Positions 1 to 9,084 are shown, counted from the first letter of the stretch. The stretch is 32,000 nt of DNA from Candidatus Baldrarchaeota archaeon (GCA_019056805.1 DXJG01000002.1:7855-39854); one strand, 5' to 3'. Translations and numbers: made by a program. Notes: a model not told the origin generated them from the sequence alone.

Positions 1-611
1 TCCTCAGACAAATAGTCCCAGGTTTTGGTGGAAATGTGATGGCAGTAGTAACATGTCCAGAAAAACGACCTCAAATGGCCACAGTACGGCCCGGAATTCT
101 CAAAAAAATTGCAAAAGATGAATCGCGACAAGGTGAAATCATAGAACTTGACGTAAAAATAAGCGAAGAAGAACTTAAAGCAAAAACCCTAGAAATGAAA
201 ATAGAACCACCTCCAGAGTTACCAATTGAAAAAGCAGAAATCGTCATTGCAGGAGGATGGGGTATCTGTGACAAAGAATGTTTCAATATGTTAAAAGAAC
301 TTGCAAAACTATTAGGAGGAGCAGTAGGCGGAACTCGCCCAGTCCTAGATGAAGATCTAATAAAAGAAGATCAAATGATAGGTCAAAGCGGAAAAATCAT
401 AGCACCAAAAGTTTACATAGGATTCGGAATCTCAGGAGAAATGCACCACGTAGTCGGTATATTAGACTCCGATACAATAATAGCAATAAATATAGACTCT
501 AAAGCTCCCATCTTCGACTTTGTAGACTACGGAGTAATAGGAGATGCAAAAGAAATTCTACCACGACTAATTAAAAAACTTAAAGAAAAATTAGAAAGAA
601 AACAATGTTAA
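1..611 (+). CDS. etfA: Electron transfer flavoprotein alpha subunit, C-terminal part (5' end lies left of the window)
   Basis: Frame 3 is open from nt 3 with no stop. [26 protein letters not shown] and [30 protein letters not shown] match the FAD-binding C-terminal domain of EtfA. Stop TAA at 609-611. Confidence 0.85.
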   Translation, partial: LRQIVPGFGGNVMAVVTCPEKRPQMATVRPGILKKIAKDESRQGEIIELDVKISEEELKAKTLEMKIEPPPELPIEKAEIVIAGGWGICDKECFNMLKELAKLLGGAVGGTRPVLDEDLIKEDQMIGQSGKIIAPKVYIGFGISGEMHHVVGILDSDTIIAINIDSKAPIFDFVDYGVIGDAKEILPRLIKKLKEKLERKQC

Positions 612-2287
612 AATATCATTGGAGCCTTGTATTCCCCAAAAACATCTCTCAAAACATCACATATTTCTCCAATTGTCGCATAAGATTTTACAGCATCTAT
701 AGTAACTGGTAATATATTCTCATCGCTCTCAGCAACCTCCCTCATCTTTTGAAGAACTTCCTTAACTCTACTATTATCCCTACTAGCCCTTAATTCCCTA
801 ATACGTTCTATTTGTCTCCTCTCAACCTCAGGATCAACTTTAAGAATCTCATAAGAAAGCTCCTCATCTATAACATATTTATTAATACCAACAATACACC
901 GTTCCCCGTTCTCCACTTCTTTCTGGGTCTTATACGCAGAATCAGCAATTTCACGCTGAATATATCCAGACTTAATTGCAGCAACAGCCCCACCCATCTT
1001 CTCAATCTTCTCAATATATCTTAACGCTCTATCCTCAATCTCATTTGTCAACCACTCAACATAATATGAACCGCCAAGAGGATCAACCGTATTAGCAACC
1101 CCGGATTCCTCAGCAATAATCTGCTGAGTACGTAATGCTATACGAACCGCTTTCTCGGTAGGCAAACACAATGCTTCATCATAAGAATTAGTATGAAGAG
1201 ATTGAGCACCACCCAACACCGCAGCCAATGCTTGAATAGCAACTCTCACAATATTTATCTCCGACTGCTGAGCAGTTAAAGTGGACCCGCAAGTCTGAAC
1301 ATGAAACCTAAGACGCATAGACCTAGGATTCTTCGCATCAAACTTCTCCTTCATTATCCGTGCCCATAACCTCCTAGCAGCCCTAAACTTTGCTATCTCC
1401 TCAAAAAAATCATTATGCACCCCAAAGAAAAACGAAATTCTAGAAGCAAAATCATCAACATCAAGACCCCTATCTATCGCTGCCTTCACATACTCAATAG
1501 CATTAGCAAAAGTAAAAGCAACCTCTTGAACCGCGTTACATCCAGCTTCACGCATATGATAACCACTCACACTAATAAAATTCCACCTAGGCATATTTCT
1601 ACAACTATACTCAATAATATCAACAACCAACCTCATAGAAGGCTCAGGAGGAAAAATATATTGTCCCCTTGCAATATACTCCTTCAAAATATCATTCTGC
1701 ACTGTACCACTTAACTCCTTCAAAGAAACCCCCTGCATTTCACCTATCGCAATATACATCGCCTGAAGAATATGCGCCGTAGCATTAATTGTCATAGAAG
1801 TAGACACTTTTTCCAAAGGAATACCATCAAAAAGCCGCTCCATATCCCTAAGCGTAGGCACGGAAACCCCAACACGCCCAACCTCACCCGCCGCCAAAGG
1901 ATGATCAGGATCAATCCCCACCTGCGTAGGAAGATCAAACGCCACACTTAAACCGGTCTGCCCCAACTCAAGAAGATACTTAAACCTCCTATTCGAATCC
2001 TCAGCAGTCCCATAACCAGCATATTGCCGCATGGTCCAAAGACGACCCCTATACATCGTATGATAAACACCACGAATATACGGATACCTACCAGAAAAAC
2101 TGAGGTCCCTAAGATAATCAAAATCCTCCAAATCAAGAGGAGTATACAACCGCTTCACAGGAATTCCCGAAGAAGTCACAAACTTCTCCTTCCTCTCACC
2201 AAACCGAGAAGCCTCATAATTCCACGCCTCTTTTTCCTTCCTCAACAACTCCAAACTTTTCCTATCAAAACTCATGGCAAACACCAA
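608..2287 (-). CDS. mcmA: Methylmalonyl-CoA mutase, large catalytic subunit of the split archaeal enzyme (no B12-binding domain in this ORF)
   Basis: 559-aa ORF with [44 protein letters not shown] and [14 protein letters not shown], typical of the MCM/ICM family. The track start is TTG 2287; ATG 2275 (MSFDRK) is an alternative, with SD-like GGATGAGGT upstream. It overlaps etfA tail-to-tail by 4 nt. Confidence 0.9.
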   Translation of the reverse strand: MVFAMSFDRKSLELLRKEKEAWNYEASRFGERKEKFVTSSGIPVKRLYTPLDLEDFDYLRDLSFSGRYPYIRGVYHTMYRGRLWTMRQYAGYGTAEDSNRRFKYLLELGQTGLSVAFDLPTQVGIDPDHPLAAGEVGRVGVSVPTLRDMERLFDGIPLEKVSTSMTINATAHILQAMYIAIGEMQGVSLKELSGTVQNDILKEYIARGQYIFPPEPSMRLVVDIIEYSCRNMPRWNFISVSGYHMREAGCNAVQEVAFTFANAIEYVKAAIDRGLDVDDFASRISFFFGVHNDFFEEIAKFRAARRLWARIMKEKFDAKNPRSMRLRFHVQTCGSTLTAQQSEINIVRVAIQALAAVLGGAQSLHTNSYDEALCLPTEKAVRIALRTQQIIAEESGVANTVDPLGGSYYVEWLTNEIEDRALRYIEKIEKMGGAVAAIKSGYIQREIADSAYKTQKEVENGERCIVGINKYVIDEELSYEILKVDPEVERRQIERIRELRASRDNSRVKEVLQKMREVAESDENILPVTIDAVKSYATIGEICDVLRDVFGEYKAPMIF

Positions 2288-2476
2288 ACCTCATCCATTA
2301 CCATGAAAATCCCATTTTTAAATCCTCATACACATTTATCAAAATATCTCCTACACAAAACTAGGACAATCAAACAAAAACAACAATACAGACAAAACTA
2401 TCAGGTGTATCAAAATATTTCACATAACCCAAAACACAAAAATATTAAATAATATCTCACAAAGCAATAAAAACGA
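2288..2476. repeat. G-depleted A/C/T low-complexity intergenic tract (CAA/CAAAA-like motifs)
   Basis: Manual count gives 9 G in 189 nt on the + strand, e.g. caaacaaaaacaacaataca. It lies between the tRNA-Thr 3' end and the mutase start, both on the minus strand. Confidence 0.7.
2469..2473 (-). terminator. Oligo-T (T5) run 3 nt after the tRNA-Thr 3' end
   Basis: The minus strand reads ...CCA TCG TTTTT AT. Archaeal termination commonly occurs at oligo-T runs. Confidence 0.4.
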
Positions 2477-2581
2477 TGGAGCCGCCGCCGGGCTTCGAAC
2501 CCGGGACCTCCTCCTTACCAAGGAGGCGCTTTGGTCGGTTCTTGATGTGTTTTTTCTCTGACCAGGCTGAGCTACGGCGGC
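2477..2581 (-). tRNA. tRNA-Thr (anticodon GGU) with a 27-nt non-canonical intron in the 3' half of the D-arm; CCA encoded
   Basis: The minus strand folds as follows. Acceptor stem GCCGCCG/CGGCGGC. D-stem GCTC...GAGC, which forms only after removing about 2529-2555 (AAAAAACACATCAAGAACCGACCAAAG; the junction can slide by 1-2 nt). Anticodon arm CCTCC-TTGGTAA-GGAGG. T-arm CCGGG-TTCGAAG-CCCGG. Discriminator U, then CCA. Mature length is 78 nt. Confidence 0.88.
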
Positions 2582-2796
2582 TTTTTGTTGTTTTGTAGGT
2601 TTTTGTTGTTGTTTCTATGTTTTTATGGTTTTTATTTTTGTTGTTGGTTTGGTGGTGGTGTTTTATATTTGTGTTTGTTTGTTTTTATTTGTTTTTCTAT
2701 TGTTTGTTGTGTTGTTGTTTTTTGTGGTAAGGTTTTAATGTTGTTATAGTAGGTCTTATAAGTAAATTGTTGGTATTGTTTAGTTGATGGTGAAGT
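2582..2796. repeat. C-depleted T/G low-complexity intergenic tract (TTG/GTTTT-like motifs)
   Basis: Manual count gives 3 C in 215 nt, and 2582-2700 is over 90% T+G, e.g. ttgttggtttggtggtggtgtttt. Its composition mirrors the tract on the other side of tRNA-Thr. Confidence 0.7.
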
Positions 2797-3471
2797 ATGA
2801 TGAGTGTTGTTCTCATCGGGACGGTCATTTTGCAGTTGTTAAATATATTTGATATGGTGTTTTCGTTTTTTGAAGGGATTAAGGATGTTATTTCGGATTT
2901 TCTTGGGATTCCTATTCCTGATGAGGCTTGGATTTCGTTTTGGTTGTTTGTGGCTCTGGTTATTTCGACTTATGTTTTATCGCTAGGAAAGGGACCTGTG
3001 GAGTCGGGTTTTCCTATCGATGAGGTGGGTGCTGAGTCGGCTGCGGTGTTTAAGGCTGAGGAGGTTGCTGCTAGGTCGGCGTTAGAGTTTTTGGATGATG
3101 CTTTTAATAAGGGTGAGGTTTCTGAGCAGTTGTTTAATAGGTTGAAGTCTTTCTATTCTAGTAAGTTGGATAGGATTAGTGAGCAGCTGGCTCGTTTAAG
3201 TAGATTTGAAGAAATTAGAGGTATTGATCTTGAACTTGAGGAGGCTAAGCGAGAATTTTTGGAGAGGCTAAAACCACCGTCTGAAGTTGAGAGACCAGCG
3301 GTTAGGGAGGAACCGGTTGTCGAGGAAGTTGCGGTTCCTAAGGTTGAGGAGGCTAAGGTTGAGCCTACTGTTCCTTCTGCTCCGAAAGGGGAGACGCTTG
3401 TTCAGGTTTTAAGAGATGAGATGTTGAGGGAGCTTCGTAGGTTAAAGGAAATTATAGAGAAGTCCAGTTAA
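2797..3471 (+). CDS. Hypothetical membrane protein: N-terminal hydrophobic helices, coiled-coil middle, Glu/Val/Pro-rich low-complexity tail
   Basis: 224-aa ORF with ATG start and SD GGTGA 5 nt upstream. Two hydrophobic segments (VVLIGTVILQLL, AWISFWLFVALVISTYVL) are followed by heptad-like charged sequence. I recognise no family. Confidence 0.6.
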   Translation: MMSVVLIGTVILQLLNIFDMVFSFFEGIKDVISDFLGIPIPDEAWISFWLFVALVISTYVLSLGKGPVESGFPIDEVGAESAAVFKAEEVAARSALEFLDDAFNKGEVSEQLFNRLKSFYSSKLDRISEQLARLSRFEEIRGIDLELEEAKREFLERLKPPSEVERPAVREEPVVEEVAVPKVEEAKVEPTVPSAPKGETLVQVLRDEMLRELRRLKEIIEKSS

Positions 3472-3484
3472 GGACGGTGTATTT

Positions 3485-4189
3485 ATGGCTGGTTTTGACG
3501 AGAGGGAGAGTGCTAAAGTTAATGCTGCTGAGGCTGCTGTTAAGTTGGTGAAGGATGGACAAGTTCTTGGTATTGGGAGTGGATCTACTGTTGAGCATTT
3601 TATTAGGTTGTTAGGGGAACGTATTAGGAAGGAAGAGTTAGAGGTTTATGGTGTTCCTTCTTCTTTTCAATCGTATTTTCTTGCGTTAGATAGTGGTATT
3701 CGTATTGTTGGTTTAGATGAGTTTGATGTGCTTGATTTAGCTGTTGATGGTGCTGATGAGGTCGATTCCGACCTAAATTTGATTAAGGGTGGTGGTGGAG
3801 CTTTTACTAGAGAGAAAATTGTTGATTCTGCAGCGAAGGAATTTGTGGTAATTGTTGATTGGTCTAAAAAGGTTAATCGACTTGGTGAGAAGTTTCCTGT
3901 TCCTGTAGAGGTTCTGCCTTTTGCATATGGTTATGTTTGCCGTAGGTTGAGGAAGCTTGGTGGGGAGCCAATTCTTAGAAAAGCTAAGCTTAAATTGGGC
4001 CCAGTTATCTCTGATAATGGTAATTTCATTGTTGATGTGAAATTTTCGAGAATTAAAGATGTTAAGAACTTGGAAAGAGATATAAATAATATTCCGGGTG
4101 TTGTCGATAACGGCATTTTTCCATCGAGTTTAGTGGATATCGTTTTTGTTGGGTATAGCGATAGAGTTGAGATATTGAAGCGTGAATGA
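3485..4189 (+). CDS. rpiA: Ribose-5-phosphate isomerase A
   Basis: 234 aa with GIGSGSTVEHFI, DGADEVD and LIKGGGGAFTREKIV, the signature motifs of RpiA. Confidence 0.93.
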   Translation: MAGFDERESAKVNAAEAAVKLVKDGQVLGIGSGSTVEHFIRLLGERIRKEELEVYGVPSSFQSYFLALDSGIRIVGLDEFDVLDLAVDGADEVDSDLNLIKGGGGAFTREKIVDSAAKEFVVIVDWSKKVNRLGEKFPVPVEVLPFAYGYVCRRLRKLGGEPILRKAKLKLGPVISDNGNFIVDVKFSRIKDVKNLERDINNIPGVVDNGIFPSSLVDIVFVGYSDRVEILKRE

Positions 4190-4190
4190 T

Positions 4191-5792
4191 TTAGTCTGCA
4201 TAAATTTTTTTCCCTTGTTTTAATACCTCTTCAAGTATTTTTCCATAGTTGCTATTTTTTCTGATTCTTACTTCTCCTCGTTTTCCGACCTTAACCGCAA
4301 ATAATAAGTCTTGGTCAGCATAAAAATTAACTAATTTTCTTGCTAGTGGTGGTGGAACAAGAAGGATATAGTATTTACGCGTAATGTCTATTTCCACAGG
4401 TAATTTTTCTCTTTTAGTAACTTCTCTTCTAACTTTTCCTTTTTTTACTTCCTTTATGGGGGAAACAACTACTTGTTCTCCGAAGACGTATATTTCGTAT
4501 TCCAGTCCTCCTTTTTCAAAATCTCTGACTTCAATAACTGGTCGGGCTAAATCTCTTTCAGTCATTCCGGATGGAACTTTTACCGTGAGGTTTAGAGAGT
4601 ATACTTTTTCTATTCTTCCGCCTTTAATGAAAATTACGGTGTCTATAACTCTACTGATTAGGCCTAAGTCTACTCTTCCAATGAATCGTTGTATGGCATC
4701 TATTGCTTGTGTTGCATGAACAACACCTATCATTCCTACACCAGCGAATCTTAAGTCTGCGAAGATTTTGAAATCTCTGGTTTTTCGAAGTTCATCAAAA
4801 ATACAGTAGTCGGGTCTTACGAGTAATAGCACATCGGCTGTCTTCTCTAAACTACCTTTTAGAGCGGTATATTGAGTTATATCCGGGCCTACCTGTAAGT
4901 CTCTGGGTTTTTCGATTGTTTTCACAATTTTGTTCATGCTGCTATAAAATTCGGCTAGTGCTGATGCGAAGGTACTTTTACCCGCGCCGGGTGGACCTGC
5001 GATTAATATGCCTTCTGCTCTTTCTTTTAGTCGTTTAAGGAGTCTATCTGATACGTTGTAATCGTTTATTGTCATTTTGACAAGGGGTCTTACGGCTGTT
5101 ATTTCCATTCCATCTGAGAAGGGAGGTCTTGCGATCGCAATTCTGTATTCTCCCATTTGTACAACGGTTGCTCCAGGTTCGTCGATTTCTATAAAAGCGT
5201 CTTTTTCACTTCTTGTTCTTTCTATTATGTCCATAGCGATGCTTTGCAATTCTTCGAGGCTTACGGGGTCTTCTCTGATTTTTACTAACTCCCAGTGACC
5301 AGGGGTGCCTCTTTTTGCAAGGGGAGGAACTCCTTCTTTCAGATGCACTGACATGACATTTTCCGAGAAGAAATCTTCGATTTTAATCCTTTTTCTTTTG
5401 ATTTTTATATATTCTGTTTCTATTCCTTCAATTTTGGCTAGAGAAGCTTGAATATGATCACTAGTAATTAGCTTGGCATTTAGCTCTTTTGCTTGTCTTC
5501 TTATTAGAGCATCTATTTCTCCCTTCGATGCGTATTTTATTTGTCCTGGATCTGGTCTTTCTCCGACAAATTCTAGTTCTATTTTGTTTTCTTCTGCTAG
5601 TTTTCTGAGTTTTTTCAACTCTTCTAGCCCTGCGTATCCAACAGCTTTCCCTATGTTTGCTTGGTATTCTATTTCTGCAATAACAGCGTTGGGTATGGCT
5701 ATTTTTACATTACTTAGTTTATTTTCCCTTATTTTACGGGATAACCATCCTTCTATGATGATTGACGTGTCGGGTACTATGATTTTTGTCAT
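4191..5792 (-). CDS. PIN-domain / P-loop ATPase fusion protein (archaeal PilT-family ATPase, COG1855-like)
   Basis: 533 aa. The N-terminus [12 protein letters not shown] is PIN-like, with a central Walker [10 protein letters not shown] and a Walker B-like CIFDE. Function is uncharacterised. Confidence 0.8.
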   Translation of the reverse strand: MTKIIVPDTSIIIEGWLSRKIRENKLSNVKIAIPNAVIAEIEYQANIGKAVGYAGLEELKKLRKLAEENKIELEFVGERPDPGQIKYASKGEIDALIRRQAKELNAKLITSDHIQASLAKIEGIETEYIKIKRKRIKIEDFFSENVMSVHLKEGVPPLAKRGTPGHWELVKIREDPVSLEELQSIAMDIIERTRSEKDAFIEIDEPGATVVQMGEYRIAIARPPFSDGMEITAVRPLVKMTINDYNVSDRLLKRLKERAEGILIAGPPGAGKSTFASALAEFYSSMNKIVKTIEKPRDLQVGPDITQYTALKGSLEKTADVLLLVRPDYCIFDELRKTRDFKIFADLRFAGVGMIGVVHATQAIDAIQRFIGRVDLGLISRVIDTVIFIKGGRIEKVYSLNLTVKVPSGMTERDLARPVIEVRDFEKGGLEYEIYVFGEQVVVSPIKEVKKGKVRREVTKREKLPVEIDITRKYYILLVPPPLARKLVNFYADQDLLFAVKVGKRGEVRIRKNSNYGKILEEVLKQGKKIYAD

Positions 5793-5897
5793 ACATTTTT
5801 CACCATTGTTTAAAGTAGAATCAAGAAGGTGAGTTACGACTTAAATATATTTTTTTCTAAATGATAAAGAAGATTTCTTAACAGTAAAATCAAAATC

Positions 5898-6434
5898 TTA
5901 GAGCTCTAAACGTGAAACTTTATAATACGTTATATCTCCCTGTCTGTCTACAATTGCCAATATTAATTCTTTTCCCATACTTCGTGCTGCTTTAGTTATT
6001 TTATCAAGTTCGGTTAAACTAAATGGTTTTCCTTCTTCTACTATTCCAACTAGATATTTAGCTACATCTTTTCCTACTTTTGCCCCTCTTTCGTACAGGC
6101 GATATTCAGCGACTTCTCCTGGACCCTGCCTAACTATGTAACCTCGGGATCTTAGGTCTCTGTAGACGATATATTTTATCCAAATTTCTTTATCTACTTT
6201 TTCAAGATATTTCATCAAATCGTTGAAACTGTATTCATTTCCGCCGTTGTCAATAACTTTTATCTTGTTTCTCTCTAGAAGTATTAACGCTTCAACAGGG
6301 TTAAGTATCAGCTTTTCATCTGAAACTAATTCTCCATAATATCCTTGATTATAAAGCTTTGCAACATCTTTTCCTTCTATTATCACCGAGGTATCTATGA
6401 GTTTTCCGCAAGCTACGATTTCTTCCTCTTCCAT
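5898..6434 (-). CDS. endA: tRNA-splicing endonuclease family protein (EndA homologue; catalytic His apparently replaced by Val)
   Basis: 178 aa. It is collinear with M. jannaschii EndA as I recall it: KYIVYRDLRSRGYIV, YRLYERGA, KELILAIVDRQGDITYY. Tyr114 and Lys155 are conserved, but the position aligned with catalytic His125 is Val124. Confidence 0.85.
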   Translation of the reverse strand: MEEEEIVACGKLIDTSVIIEGKDVAKLYNQGYYGELVSDEKLILNPVEALILLERNKIKVIDNGGNEYSFNDLMKYLEKVDKEIWIKYIVYRDLRSRGYIVRQGPGEVAEYRLYERGAKVGKDVAKYLVGIVEEGKPFSLTELDKITKAARSMGKELILAIVDRQGDITYYKVSRLEL

Positions 6435-6513
6435 TTTTATCCCCTTTGTAAGAAAATATTTATCCTTAAAATTTTTTGGTAAAGCATGAAAACATAACGT
6501 GGTAGTGGTTTAA

Positions 6514-7017
6514 ATGACAGTTGAAGAAAAAATTCTTAAATTCTTGAAAGACGCGGATAGAATCGTTATAATGGGTATTGGAAATATACTTAGAGGAGAT
6601 GATGCCGCTGGAGTTGTAATTACCCGTAAAATTGCCTTAAATGTACCTGAGAATGTTCTAGTTATAGATTGTGGTTCAACTCCAGAGAATTATCTAGGAA
6701 AAATTGTAAAATTTAATCCTTCACACATTCTAATAATAGACACAGTTATTGTTAACGGAGAACCGGGAGAAATAAAGGTGGTTGACGAATCGCAAATTGT
6801 AGATACTCTATCTTTCTCCACACACAAACCTTCAATTCATATCTTGATTAAGTATATTAAGGGCATTCTTAAGGGAGTAAAATTTTTGGTTCTCGGAATA
6901 CAGCCTAAAAAACTTACATTAGGAGAAGAAATGTCAGAAGAGGTAAAAAATGCTGTAAATAAGATTAGCGATATGTTAATGAAGATTTTACAATCTTCAC
7001 GGGATGGTGGTGAATAG
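6514..7017 (+). CDS. hycI: Hydrogenase maturation endopeptidase (HycI/HybD family)
   Basis: 167 aa with IVIMGIGNILRGDDAAGV, IDCGSTPEN and FSTHKPS, typical of [NiFe]-hydrogenase large-subunit C-terminal proteases. Confidence 0.85.
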   Translation: MTVEEKILKFLKDADRIVIMGIGNILRGDDAAGVVITRKIALNVPENVLVIDCGSTPENYLGKIVKFNPSHILIIDTVIVNGEPGEIKVVDESQIVDTLSFSTHKPSIHILIKYIKGILKGVKFLVLGIQPKKLTLGEEMSEEVKNAVNKISDMLMKILQSSRDGGE

Positions 7018-7019
7018 TT

Positions 7020-8054
7020 TTGCGAATAAGAAGCATCGAATGGAAGAAAAACAAAGTTATCATTATTAATCAGTTAAAATTACCTGAAAAAATTGAATAT
7101 ATCGAGTGTATCACACCGGAGAGATTAATAGAAGCAATAAAAAAGATGGAGATACGGGGAGCACCTGCAATAGGAGCAGCTGCAGCATATACTCTAGCTT
7201 TGACAGCAATTAAAAACAGATCGAAAACGAAAAAAGAACTTTTAAAGAAAATACATGAGATGGCTGGTAAATTAAAATCTACACGGCCAACTGCAGTAAA
7301 TCTCTTTTGGGCTGTTGACAGAATATTAAAAATCATAGAACATGTAGAAGGACCGGTTAATGAAATTGTTACAGCAGTAGTAAGTGAAGCTATGAAAATA
7401 GCAGAGGAAGACGTGAAAGCTAATAAGTTAATTGGTAAATATGGAGCAGAATTGATAAGTGACGGAGATAATATATTGACTCATTGCAACACTGGGGCTC
7501 TTGCAACAGTCGACTATGGTACAGCTCTCGGCATTATAAGAGCAGCGGTAGAGGAAGGGAAAAGAGTTCATGTTTACGTTACTGAAACACGACCAAAACT
7601 GCAAGGAGCTAGACTGACAGCTTTAGAATTAAAATATGAAAATATTCCAGTTACGGTCATATGTGATAATATGGTTGGTTATGTTATGCAAAAAGGGTTA
7701 ATAAATAAGATTTTTGTTGGTGCTGATAGAATATTGAGAACAGGACATGTTATAAACAAAATTGGAACATATACCATTGCTATCTCAGCAAGCTATCATA
7801 ATATTCCCTTTTATGTTGCAGCTCCTACATCAACCTTTGATCTAGAAACGTCCATAAATCAGGTTAAAATAGAAGAGAGGCCTTCAGAAGAGGTGGCATT
7901 TTGCGGTAATGTAAGAATAGTACCTGAGGGTGTAAATATTTTTAATCCCGCCTTTGATATAACTCCTCCTGAACTGGTGAACGCTATTATTACAGAAAAA
8001 GGTATATTAGAACCCCCTCTTGACCGCGCAATCGTAAAGATATTTAACCTTTAG
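7020..8054 (+). CDS. mtnA: Methylthioribose-1-phosphate isomerase-like protein (eIF-2B alpha/beta/delta family, aIF-2BI type)
   Basis: 344 aa, TTG start. Motifs are MEIRGAPAIGAAAAY, THCNTGALAT, ETRPKLQGARLTA and GADRI...NKIGTY. Confidence 0.85.
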   Translation: MRIRSIEWKKNKVIIINQLKLPEKIEYIECITPERLIEAIKKMEIRGAPAIGAAAAYTLALTAIKNRSKTKKELLKKIHEMAGKLKSTRPTAVNLFWAVDRILKIIEHVEGPVNEIVTAVVSEAMKIAEEDVKANKLIGKYGAELISDGDNILTHCNTGALATVDYGTALGIIRAAVEEGKRVHVYVTETRPKLQGARLTALELKYENIPVTVICDNMVGYVMQKGLINKIFVGADRILRTGHVINKIGTYTIAISASYHNIPFYVAAPTSTFDLETSINQVKIEERPSEEVAFCGNVRIVPEGVNIFNPAFDITPPELVNAIITEKGILEPPLDRAIVKIFNL

Positions 8055-8784
8055 TTGGCGGTTCTATTTGTACAAAAACATCCACGGGGATATTTTTATG
8101 CGAAGAAATATAGTTTTTCCACGAATTTCCTACAGCGATTAAGATAAATATTCCAACCAGCTTTGCTCCTGTTTTTTTCACTAAATTTATTAAGGCTCGT
8201 TGAGTTTCTCCGCTCCTTATAATGTCATCTACAATTAATATTCTATCACTAGAGGTAATACTTCCCTTCGGTAGGTATAGACTCATATAGACTCCCGAAG
8301 AACTTGGAATATAATTTTCCTCCAGAAACTCAGGAATACCAACTTCTTTTTCTTTTTTTGCGTAAATTAGATCAACGCCTAATTCGCTCGCGAAGAGTAC
8401 AGCAATGGGAATACCGTCGGTGGAGGCTGTTAAAACTTTCGAAATTTTCTTGTTAACATATTTTCCGACTACATGTTTTATGATTAATCTAAGCATTGGA
8501 ATATCAAAAATTATAGGAGTATTATCAAAATATCCGAGTCTATCGAATTTAATTCTATTTTTTACTTCTTTTACAAGGTCAAATCGTTCTTCAAAGAATT
8601 TTAAAATTTTTCTAGCTCTATCAATTCTGGGAACAACTCGCCCCATAACGTAGCGATTCAAAACGCTAACAGGTAAATTCAACATCTTAGAAAGTTCTTC
8701 ATAAGTATATCTCTTTTTTAAAATTCTCAATATCTCAACTGCACCCAGTCTTTCTTGTAATTCAAACCACTGAGAATTGCTCAC
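8044..8784 (-). CDS. HTH domain fused to a phosphoribosyltransferase domain (PurR/GfcR-like putative regulator)
   Basis: 246 aa, GTG start with SD GAGGTG upstream. The N-terminal HTH is YEELSKMLNLPVSVLNRYVMG, and the C-terminal PRPP-binding loop is ILIVDDIIRSGET. It overlaps mtnA convergently by 11 nt. Confidence 0.75.
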   Translation of the reverse strand: MSNSQWFELQERLGAVEILRILKKRYTYEELSKMLNLPVSVLNRYVMGRVVPRIDRARKILKFFEERFDLVKEVKNRIKFDRLGYFDNTPIIFDIPMLRLIIKHVVGKYVNKKISKVLTASTDGIPIAVLFASELGVDLIYAKKEKEVGIPEFLEENYIPSSSGVYMSLYLPKGSITSSDRILIVDDIIRSGETQRALINLVKKTGAKLVGIFILIAVGNSWKNYISSHKNIPVDVFVQIEPPTKG

Positions 8785-9084
8785 ACTCTACACCTCTAAA
8801 AATGATGCTATCAGCTGAACATAATCATTAAAATCATACAAAACAATAAATAATATAAAATATACCAAAAACATAATTCTAATTAAACTAATATATCGAA
8901 CTTCCATCGTTGTTAATATATTCAAAGTTTTATCTATAGGATTAAAATACACGTTCTCTATGTACTATAAGCTTCACACAAAAACTTTAAAAAACAAAGG
9001 CATATAGCACAAGTACGCTAGAAAACTTAAAAATGCCTACCACACATATATAACGGAAACATCTAACAGTACAAAGATCAAACT

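Noticed and set aside
2024-2452. 142-aa plus-strand ORF spanning the mutase 5' end and the A/C-rich tract (also 812-1024, 1415-1714 and 1948-2136)
   Set aside because: It overlaps the mutase gene in antisense and runs into the G-depleted low-complexity tract, where stop codons are rare simply because G and T are scarce. The translation is His/Asn/Pro/Thr/Lys-rich nonsense.
2288-2796. Calling the skew-switch region a replication origin (oriC)
   Set aside because: I could find no ORB or mini-ORB-like inverted repeats and no orc1/cdc6 gene nearby. The asymmetric composition does not clearly persist beyond about 4.2 kb. It is kept as a finding to test, not annotated as an origin.
8803-8822. Possible C/D box sRNA (AATGATGC followed by CTGA)
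   Set aside because: The C-box is imperfect, and the CTGA follows after only about 6 nt instead of a guide of about 12 nt. There is no second C'/D' pair and no terminal stem.
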